Translations under genes and position numbers: made by a program
The notes under the pieces: generated by a model
What the model was told of the DNA's origin: nothing
Seen by the model: the letters and a program-made list of their open reading frames with translations, nothing else
Databases searched by the model: none
Shown here: positions 54,025 to 64,000 of the stretch, piece by piece
Position numbering within the stretch: position 1 is the stretch's first letter
Layout: every line of letters begins with the position of its first letter
Origin: Octopus bimaculoides
Taxonomy: Eukaryota
Length of the DNA stretch: 64,000 bases
Direction: 5' to 3'
Assembly: GCF_001194135.2 (NCBI RefSeq)
Contig: NC_068985.1
Span: 78,786,162 to 78,850,161 of the forward strand

Positions 54025-54065
54025 CTCTGAACATGTTTCAGTCTTACTGAACCTCTTCAGCGAAG
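54025..54065 (-). ncRNA. Minimal hammerhead motif with intact catalytic core
   Basis: Minus strand reads cttcg CTGAAGA ggtt-cagtaa-gact GAAA CATG TT cagag. Confidence 0.5.
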
Positions 54066-55949
54066 CATAGTTCACTCAAGGGCTGCCAAAACTGACAGAA
54101 GTATAACTGTTTTACATGAAGTATATTCACTGATTAGGAAAATTAAAATTTAAACGATATATGGATAATTTCCTAAGGACAATTTCTGTAGCAATAATAT
54201 ACAGCTGAGTGCATGCTGGCCATTTGAGGTGGTAATTTTTCGATTAATCAAAATTACAAACCTAATGAGAAAAATGTTATTAGTCTTAATGAAAATTTGG
54301 CTTGATTGATTTGACTTGAATGTTTGATTAGATTAAATTGATTGATAGATTAGATTATACAGGTTAGATAGATTGATAGAGATTGTGTATGTGCATGTAT
54401 GTGTCAGAGAGAGAGATAGTGTGTGGGGGTGGGGAAAGAAGAGAAAAAGAGATGAAGGATGATAAGCAAGAAAAAAAAAAGATAATGAATAGACAGAATG
54501 AGGCAAGCAGAATAGAAGAGAGAGAGAGAGAAAATAAAGACATTGAATAGAGAAAAAGGGCTTTGAAAGAAAGTATTGAGAAGTAGCAAAGATAAAAGGG
54601 GGAAAATATAGAAATGAAAGAGAGAGACAGAGAGAGAGAGAGAAGCAAAGAAAAGTAAAACATTTGTGGGCATCAGCATTAAGAGATTACTGAAATGATC
54701 GCCACAGTAGGGAGGGAGAGGGAAAGAAAGAAGATAAAGTAGTGAGAGAGTAAGGGAGTAGATGGAGAGTGTGAGTTAGCAGGAAAGGAGGGACAGGCAG
54801 AGGAGTTGAAATTACCTTACATCTATCAAGTTTATAAATACTGCAGTTAAACCTTTATAATCCTTAGCTATCATAATGATAGTAGTGGTGGTGGTGGTGG
54901 TGGCAGTTATGGCAATGAAGCGGATGAAGATTTTGAAAGCAAACCTTGGAAAGTTAGATCTTAATCTGGGAGTGCAGTGCAGTGCTGTGTAGTGCAGAAA
55001 ACTTGCTCATTTGGTTTAGCAAGAATTATACAGAAAGTTCTTGACACAAAGTAAGAACAATATGAATGGCAGAAAAGGATTTTAGAGGAGAAAGGACAAA
55101 AAAAAATAAATAAATAAAAAAACTCCTCGTCCTCAGAACTCAAGTTGTGACCTGACAGAAAACATTCCCCACTTGACAATATATTAGATGCACTTTTTTA
55201 CAAAAATAATGTCTAAAAAATCCACCCTGCTTGATGTGAGATGATGATGGTGGTGGTGCTGGTGATCATCACCATCGCTGTTTGACTGGAGCTGATCAGG
55301 CAGATGACTGCACCATACTTCTGTGTCTGTTTTGACATGACTTTTTACGGCTGGTTGAACTTCTTAACATCAACCACCCTGCAGAATGCGCCGAGTGCTT
55401 TTTATGTGGCACCAGCACAGGCAAGGTCAGTTTTGGCATTATATGCTTTAATGTACTAATAACTTTTTACTTGAATATGGGCTAGTCCAACTTACTCTGT
55501 AAGGAGCAAAGGGCCAGTTTCCTGATTTCTATGACATATACATTCCTCCTTGGACAGGATGCCAGTCTGTTGCAGGATTACTCATTTTTATTAGCTGAGT
55601 GGACTGGAGCAACATGAAATAAGGTATTTTGCTCAAGGACACACACATTGCCTGGTCCAAGAATCAAAACCACAATCTTATGACAATGAGTCCAACACCC
55701 TAACCACTAAGCCATGTGCCCCCACTACTTTTTTTCATGGATATACACTTCTGTAATTAGGATGAATATAATATGCCCATGTGTCTTTTTGCCATTAAGT
55801 ATGTAATTAACATCATCATCATTTAATGTCTGTTTTCCATGCTGGCATAGGTTGAACAGTTCTACATGAAATAGAGTGTCTTGCTCAAGAACACAACACA
55901 CAGCCCGGTCCAGGAATTGAATTTATTCATCAATAAATGTACCAAATAA

Positions 55950-56145
55950 TGGTTTCAAATTTTCAAGGAAGGCATAATTTAATTACATCGACCCCAGTGC
56001 TCCACTGGTACTTATTTTATCAATTCTGAAAGGATGAAAGGCAGAGTTAACCTCAGCTAGATTTTAACTCAGAACGTAAAGACAAATGAAATGCTGTTAA
56101 GCATTATGCCCAGCGTGCTAACGATTCTGCCAGTTTGCCATCTTT
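55950..56145 (-). mobile_element. Meta-type SINE copy; further copies at about 26320-26478, 29310-29495, 35300-35430, 36270-36440, 60770-60900 (minus) and 43185-43400, 57848-57990 (plus)
   Basis: Shared module recognised by direct sequence comparison within the window. Confidence 0.7.
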
Positions 56146-57032
56146 AGTGTACAAAATGATCCCTTGCTTCAGTTATCTGAGATGTCAACTTGTAAAGGAA
56201 GGCCACAGTTGATGGAATTAACAACTCCTATGATATATAACTGGTACTTATCTACCAGTCGTATGCTACTTTGTCAAGGTGATGAAATGAAAACTAGGCC
56301 TCATAACAAAGCCAGTCAGTGAGTTTCTTGTTCATTCAAAATTGTAGAAATAGCAATAAAATCACCTTCAAATTGCACCCTACCATTTTGAAATTAGGAC
56401 TCATTAAATAATGTTGTCCTAGAGGATACTATTTAATAAAAAGTGAGATGTCCATGGCTGGAACATCTTTGATTATAAGTCTGCTGTTTCATAGATCAAA
56501 ATTAACTTGGGGCTAAATAGCAACATAAAGTAGATACTACCAAACATCTTATGATAGTTATTGTAGATATAAACATGTATTAAAAGAAATGCCTTTATCT
56601 AATTGAGGTACTTTCTAAATTAATACCAGGTTTATTCTAAAGTTGATTTACAAATAAATTAAAGACAAATACCTTTTAGATTTTAGCTGTTTTAGTAATT
56701 TGACTGTGACCATTTGGGACATAACCTTGAAGGGTTTATAGTTGAAGAGATTGACAATTGTATTTTTGTTTTTAAAGCCTAGAACTTACACTGTCACTCT
56801 CTTTTGTTGAACTGCTTAGTTACAGGGACATAAATAAACACATACACCCAAACACATGCATAGATAGACAGATAGATACACACATACACATGTGTACATA
56901 CACACATGATGGGTTTCTTTCTGTTTCCATCTACCAAATCCACTCACAAGGCTTTGGTTAACTTGGGATTACAGTAGAAGGTATTTGTATATGGTACCAC
57001 ACAGTGGGACTGAATCTGAGGCCATTGTTTGA

Positions 57033-57348
57033 ATGAGAAATAATGCCCCACCCACCATATTTGCCAGACATTGCCCCCATCTGATTATCATTTATTGCGC
57101 AGTCTTCAAAATCATTTGGACAGAAAAAATATGAATTCTGTAGACGAGGTCAGAACAGTACTGGATGAGTAGTTTTTTGTCACAGACAAGTGAATGTTGG
57201 AAGAAGGGCCTTGCAAGTCTACCAGATAGATGGAAGAGCATTGTAGAAAATGAAGGAGAGTATATTTTAGATTAAAAATGAACTTTATCTTAATTTTGAA
57301 AAATAAAAGAAGTATAAAAACACACATTATTTATGGGATGACCCAATA
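57033..57348 (+). mobile_element. 3' fragment of a second mariner family
   Basis: Translates to PHPPYLPDIAPSDYHLLRSLQNHL...RWKSIVENEGEYILD*, followed by a mariner-like right end ...ttatgggatgacccaata. Confidence 0.8.
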
Positions 57349-59639
57349 CATTATTAGTGTGTAGTAAACTATAAGATGCATTTTATTTGATCTGTTTTTA
57401 TCATTATTAGTTGCAGTTACCAATATCTTTTGCTCTGATCATTATTTCTTTAATCTACAGATTGCATACTTTTAAAAGGATTGAACTATTCATTACTTGC
57501 TTGAAAATATTTTCCTTATAGTCCTCTTCTATGTATTCCTTCAGTGTTTCAAAAATACACCTAACTTTAGCTTGAATTGTTGGTTTGCTTAAAAGTACGT
57601 TTTTGTAGCTGGCCTTTTACTTAGAACATTGGCAATTTTTATATTTTGTGGATAGTTCCAAGCCACTTCTCTATCATTGCTGATTGCTGACAGCTGAACT
57701 TTTTACAGTGTCTGAGACTCCTTGTTCTTAAGAATTTTGGAGATTTTTGAATAGTACGGTTACAGATCACATGCAGGAGCATTTACTTATTATTCCCTCC
57801 CCACCTGCCTTCATGTTGGTTAATTGCTGCCATTATAATTTCCAAATCAAAGGTAGCAAGCTGGCAGAATTGTTAGCATGCTGGACAAAATGCTTAGTGG
57901 CATTTCATCTGTCTTTATCCTCTGAGTTAAGATTTTACCAAAGCTGATGTTTGCTTTCATCTTTTTTGGGTCAGTTTAATAAGTATTAAAAGATAAATGT
58001 TTCAAAAATCACCTCAGGTCCTTCATGCAAAGTTGGGTCTCCAATGTTCTAAATGTTGGCAACAGGAAGAGCTCTGGAATTTTATTTGATCCAATACAAG
58101 CATGGAAACATGGACATTAAAATGGTAGTGGCGGCAGCGGCGTGTGAGAGAGAGAGAGAATTGTTCATGAAGAAAAATCCCTTGTTTTGCATCAACTGAG
58201 ATACTTCCTCATCACTCTTGCCATCAGGAAAACAATGAACCAAAGATTTTCCTGTTGGAAACCCTTAACCAATGATGCTATTCTTTTATCTTTTTATCTT
58301 TTACTTGCTTCAGTCATAAGACTGTGGCCATGCTGGAGCAACACCATTAAAGATTTTTAGTCGAATGAATTACTTCTAGTACTTATTTATTTTTTAAAGC
58401 CTGATACTTATTCTGTTGGTGTCTTTTACCAAATTAAGATATGAGACATAAATACACCAACACCAGTCGTCAAACATTGGAAAGGGATGAACAAAGACAC
58501 AGATATATGGGCTTCTTTCGGTTTCTGTCTACCAAATCCACTCATAAGGCTTTAGTCAGCCTGAGGTTACTCTAGAAGGTACTAACCCAAGGTGTAACAC
58601 AGTAGAACTGAACTTGGAACCATGTGGTTGGGAAGCAAGCTTCTTACCACATACCCACACCTATTATTCACAAATGGAATATAAAAATAAAACAAATTGA
58701 TAATCTGGGATCGTCATGGCTGGAATACTTTTGACCATATGTTTGCTGGATCAAGGTTTGGCTTAGGGCTAAATGTCAGAAACTATAAATGATACATTGC
58801 AAGCCTCCATCCTCAAGCAGTGGTTAACCTTAAGGTGTCTCTTCTGAAGGGATTCCATGATGTATTTCCTCAGCAGTTACACAATAGGTATGACAGGTAT
58901 CTATGTGCCATGCCTATTGTTTTCTGACATATAAGTTAGTGTAGTATATAGTGTAAACATTCAAACATTATCACTATCTTTCTAAACCCTGCTGCATTTC
59001 ACATGGCATTTTCAGTCCTCCAAAGTGTCTTGGTGTGTAAGCCAACTTACATTGTTTTGACTTCTAAGTTATGCTTTTAAAACTTTAATTTATATGCCAG
59101 AAAATATATTTGCATAAGGATGTGGTGGTGGTGGTGGTTGCAGTGGTGGAAAAGACAAGGAAGAAGAGGTGTAGAAATTTAAAGCAAGCTGGTGTAAGGA
59201 AAGTGTTTAAATGAAAGAGTTGTATTTGAAATATCATTATTGTTTTTACACAATGTTGATTCTATAACCAGCAAGTGGTTGGCATTAGGAGGGGCATCCA
59301 GCCATAGAAACCATGCCAAAACAGCCATGGAACATCGGCAGCTCTTCAGCTGACCAACTCCTGTCAAACTGTTCAGATAACTGAAGAAAGGGATCATTTT
59401 GTACACTAAAGATGGCAAACTGGCAGAATCGTTAGCACGCTGGGCATTTTCAGTCCTCCAAAGTATCATGGTGTATAAGTCAACTTACATTGTTGCTTTT
59501 CCTTTGGATAATATCGGTGGTGTGGAAAGGGAGGCTGGTATGTATGGGCGACTGCTGGTCTTCCATAAACTACCCTGACTGGACTTGTGTCTTAGAGGGT
59601 AACTTTCTAAGTGCAATCCTATGGTCATTCATAACTGAA

Positions 59640-60030
59640 GGGAGTCTTTAATGATGAATGAATTCTTAGATAATTAAATGAATGCAAGAATGGATGGATG
59701 GAATGATAAATAGAAGAAATAATGGATGGAATGACAAACAGATTGATAAATAAAGGTATGGATGGAATAACAAATGGGAGACTCACTGGATAGATAGAAT
59801 GATAGACAGGATAGAATGAGAGTTGAAAAGGAATGATTGGATGTTATTAATGTTAGGTGGATGGAATGGAATGATAGATGGATGAACAATAGATGGATAG
59901 AATGAGAACTGAATAAGAATGATAATTAGAAAATTGAAAAATAAATGGAATGATTGAATGGTTGGGTAGATAGATGGGAAGGAAAATGGAATGATAGATG
60001 GAAAGATGGAAGAATGGATAGATTGATTCA
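59640..60030. repeat. Degenerate purine-rich (GAAT/GGAT/GATA)n low-complexity tract; similar GA-rich tracts at 36790-37190 and 54360-54790
   Basis: Direct inspection. Confidence 0.85.
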
Positions 60031-61129
60031 AATGAGGAATTTTAAAATGTTAAGACCATGTTATTATTTCAGTCTCTAAATCTCTAGCTCAGTAGAATAT
60101 TTGCTTAACATTATTTATCTGGTTTTCTTCTCTATAAGTTATGAAATCTTAAAAGCTATTCTTCCCCATCACTACCAAAAAGAAAAACACAATTAAGAGA
60201 GGAATTCTATACAATTGCTTATCTCCAAATCTCTTTCAATATCCACCCCCCTCTCTCTTTCACAGACACACACACATACAATATTATTACAACACAACAT
60301 TAGGCACTATCAAAACACACTTCCTTAGGAAATTTCAAGTTTTCTAGTCCCTATAACACACAACACCCGCCCACTCCCTGATCCCAACAGTTGTTGTTTG
60401 AATGTTGTTGTTTAGTCCTGAGTCAGCTGAAACTGAAGAGACATATCATCAAAGATATTTCCGCTTCGACCCATGACCATCCCATCATTGGAAGGATATC
60501 TAAAACTTCATTATCTAATTTGTCCTTTGTAATTTTTTTAAAGATGAAAGATGATTTTGGTTGCTATTTTTAGCAATCACAAAAAGGCTTCTTTGATGGT
60601 TTGAGACCATTCTGTGGTAGGAGGTGAAGAAAAGGGGTGCAAAAATGGTATCTACAAAAACATCTTCAACATAACACTTAAGAAAAAGATTTTTACAAAA
60701 AGCAATAAAAATAATCATTTCCCACACAGACACTAAGTCAGAAATTTTAAGCAAGGAGCAATCAAATACTGGCAAGATAAGTTATTTTGTTGGTCCCTGA
60801 AGAATGAAAAGCAAAATTAACTTAGGAGGGATTTGAACTCAGGATATAAAAAGAGCTGGAACAAAGTCTTTTGTTTAATCCACTAATGATTCTGTCAACA
60901 ACAATCATCTAAGCAAATACGATTCAACTTCATGCTATAATCCAAATGGTCCAGTCTTTGTTGTAGTGTAGTTGAGTGCCTTAATGACTCTGATAGCCAT
61001 GCCAGCAGAGCGATAGCTCCTGATAAAACTTCTCATGCTGAACAGGCCAAAGGATAGAGGCCAGACTAATAAAGTCAACTTCTTCCCTGAGATAAAAATG
61101 GGTTTGCATAGGACCAACAACCTACCTAG

Positions 61130-61165
<36 letters not shown>

Positions 61166-61166
61166 A

Positions 61167-61573
61167 AGGTGCAGGAGTGGCTGTATGGTAAGTAGCTTGC
61201 TTACCAACCACATGGTTCCGGGTTTAGTCCCACTGCATGGCACCTTGGGCAAGTGTCTTCGACTATAGCCTCAGGCCGACCAAAGCCTTGTGAGTGGATT
61301 TGGTAGACGGAAACTGAAAGAAGCCCGTCGTATATATGTATATGTATATATATATGTGTGTGTTTGTGTGTCTGTGTTTGTCCCCCCAACATTGCTTGAC
61401 AACTGATGCCGGTGTGTTTACGTCCCCGTAGCTTAGCAGTTCGGCAAAAGAGACCGATAGAATAAGTATTAGGCTTACAAAGAATAAGTCCTGGGGTCGA
61501 TTTGCTCGACTAAAGGTGGTGCTCCAGCATGACCGCAGTCAAATGACTGAAACAAGTAAAAGAGTAAAGAGTA
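61167..61573 (+). mobile_element. Young full-length tRNA-derived SINE, family B (internal (TA/TG)n, 3' gtaaaaga tail)
   Basis: A/B-box-like head ggagtggctgtatggtaag...ggtttagtccc, then ggcaccttgggcaagtgtcttc; CpG-rich; follows a poly-A run. Confidence 0.85.
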
Positions 61574-62622
61574 AGTTACAGAAACATCTATGACAATTCA
61601 AAACTAACAAAACCTGGGATGGTTCCCTGAAGGAATGACTTTGTTCAGGGAAACATATGACCCGGTGCAGCAAAATTTAATGGAAAAAAGCAGAAAAGAC
61701 AGCATAGAATCAAGAACTATGGAGAAAAGTTGTTAATGGCCTATGATTTGCAAGGAGCAAGTGCTTAAGTAAGTCATGGTATAATATATGTACACTATGA
61801 AATACAAGGTTATTTTTTCACAACACTGCTCCACCACTAATACTATCACTTCCTCAAAATTAAAATATAATAAACCCTTGATTAATGAACAAATATGAAG
61901 GAAGGTGTGTCCATTAATGCCAAAAGTTAATCATATCAAAGGCAACCTAGATGCTATTTTCATAGTGTTTGTGATGTTAAAAAAGAGCTTCAAATCAAAA
62001 TACATTACAGCACAGTTTGAAATCCTCAAATTATGATAAAGAATATGTAATATTTACTTCCCTCCTGACAGTGCAGACTAAAAATCTTTTGCCAACACCA
62101 TAGATGTAGTATAGCATTGAAGAAATCATTTTATCCAGTCAGTCAAATAAAGTAAAAGAGTAAAGCCTCTCTTCGGTCATGAATGACCATGGGATTACAC
62201 CTAGTTACCCTCTGAGATACAAGTCCGTGCAAGGTTGCTTGTAGAAGACTAGCAGTCACCCATGCATACCAGCCTCGCCTCTCCATACCACCGATATTAT
62301 CCAAGGGCAAAGCATCAGTGATGTCACAACTCATTACAGCTGAGCAAACTGGAGCAATGTGAAATAAAGTGTCTTGCCCAAGAACACAACGTACAGCCCG
62401 GTCCAGGAATCAAACTCACTACCTCATGATTGTGAGCCCAACACTCAAACCACTGAGCAATGTGCCTTCACACAGTCAGTAAAATAGAGCACTGTTGAGC
62501 CAAAAGTTTACTGTATATTATCAGTTAATGAAGCAGTATCAGTTAGTCTTTCAAGACCTTGGATCCACAACTGCAAAGTCACGGTTTTGTCATGTTGGTA
62601 GAACAGTATTTACTATGATTAT

Positions 62623-63015
62623 GTGGAGGCGCAATGGCCCAGTGGTTAGGGCAGTGGACTTGCGGTCATAGGATCGTGGTTTCAATTCCCAGACCGGGCG
62701 TTGTGAATGTTTATTGAGCGAAAACACCTAAAGCTCCACGAGGCTCCGGCAGGGGATGGTGACGAAACCTGTTGTACTCTTTCACCACAACTTTCTCTCA
62801 CACTTTCTTCCTGTTTCTGTTGTGCCTGTAATTCAAAGGGTCAGCCGTGTCACACTGTGTCACGCTGAATATCCCCGAGAACTATGTTAAGGGTACACGT
62901 GTCTGTGGAGTGCTAAGCCATTTGCACGTTAATTTCACGAGCAGGCTGTTCCGCTGATCGGATCAACTGGAACCCTCGATGTCGTAAGTGACAGAGTGCT
63001 TCTCATCTCTCTTTC
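62623..63015 (+). mobile_element. Young family C SINE with 11-bp TSD
   Basis: actatgattat at 62612-62622 and 63016-63026. Confidence 0.85.
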
Positions 63016-63115
63016 ACTATGATTATAGAGACTCGCATATGAATGACAGTCATGCACTTGTAGGCATTGTCTGCTAGTCTTGTCAGTGATGTAGCTAGAG
63101 TATATGCTACCCAGG

Positions 63116-63565
63116 CAGGGCTAGATTAAAACCCATAGAGGCCCTAAGCACTTACAAGATTTTAAACCCCCCCCACACACACACACACCATATATATATA
63201 TATATATATATATAAATCAAAATATTAATAATAATAAAACATAAAATAAATTATTTTTTGAAATGAAACAAAACTAACAGTAAGAAGGAAAATAAAGTTT
63301 ATTCTTGTATAGTTCCACTTTATATTTGAAAAGTTTTCTCCTACATTTTTTTTTTATTGTAAAGTCTTTGATAAGATCCTCACTAGGACACCATGAACAC
63401 TTCAAAATTATATTTCCAATAATATAAACCACTTCAAATATTATTTTAGCAAATTTAAAGTGATTTCTTTTGTGCTGTAAATCATTTACAATTTCTGAGG
63501 TGCCCCCTGCTTCCCTTGATGCCCTAGGCACACGCTTATTTTGCTTAATAGTTAATCCAATACCG
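63116..63565 (-). mobile_element. Non-autonomous hAT deletion derivative with 8-bp TSD
   Basis: Identical 8-mer tacccagg at 63108-63115 and 63566-63573. Imperfect TIRs cagggctagattaa / ttaatccaataccg. The internal minus-strand remnant SEDLIKDFTIKKKCRRKLF resembles a hAT transposase C-terminus. Confidence 0.75.
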
Positions 63566-64000
63566 TACCCAGGCAGCCCTTGAGATTGCCAATACCTGTT
63601 ATCAACATTAAAAACACTTTTATTTCAATACAACCTATACAGGCTTAAAATATAGATCCAAAAGTGCCATGCTCATAAAAGTGTCTTCTAGAGTGGACTG
63701 CCCATCCCACTCTTAATTATGCTACTGAGTTCTGTCTTGGTGCTGTGCTCCCATCAAATTTGCCTTTCTTTATCTGCAAACCCCATCTTCTCCCCTTGTC
63801 ATTTTAAACTTGTCTAATCCCAGTCTCTAGTGAGAGCAATCCTTAGCAATGTCCTCACACTTTTCGACGTTCATGTTAAGTGTTATATATGTAGTGACAT
63901 GTATATCACTTAATGCTAACGCACATTTTCAATCACATGGAACCTATGTTACTTCCCTCATCTCTATTTCCTCCACCCAGCCCACAAATATGGCTTCTGA

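Overview
AT-rich, repeat-dense animal genomic DNA from a draft assembly with 8 N-gaps, several of them beside microsatellites. The SINE repertoire and microsatellite load point to an octopus/coleoid cephalopod (inference). Only one well-supported host coding segment is present: an intact ~305-codon terminal exon on the minus strand (38262->37346) behind a clean phase-1 splice acceptor. It resembles the SAMD3-like C-terminal domain family; its upstream exons were not found. The rest is mobile DNA and repeats: dozens of tRNA-derived SINEs (a Meta-domain family in head-to-tail clusters plus several other modular families); a 5'-truncated R4/Dong-type LINE end sitting in (TAA)n; decayed CR1-like and RTE-like LINE pieces; a DD34D mariner, a DD37D (maT) transposon and a second mariner 3' end; two TTAA-flanked piggyBac-type MITEs; a hAT deletion derivative with an 8-bp TSD; and a ~4-kb degenerate minisatellite that shifts from a ~20-bp monomer to a ~70-bp higher-order unit. 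The most unusual signal is a set of hammerhead-ribozyme motifs of the minimal Penelope-associated type (about 14.1 kb as an inverted pair, 14.6 kb behind an antisense hairpin, 38.9 kb, 54.0 kb, and a decayed one at 26.9 kb), with no Penelope ORF visible in the window. No CRISPR, rRNA or bona fide tRNA gene was seen. Most short ORFs in the supplied track are microsatellite or gap artefacts. Repeat boundaries are approximate; nothing was database-checked.
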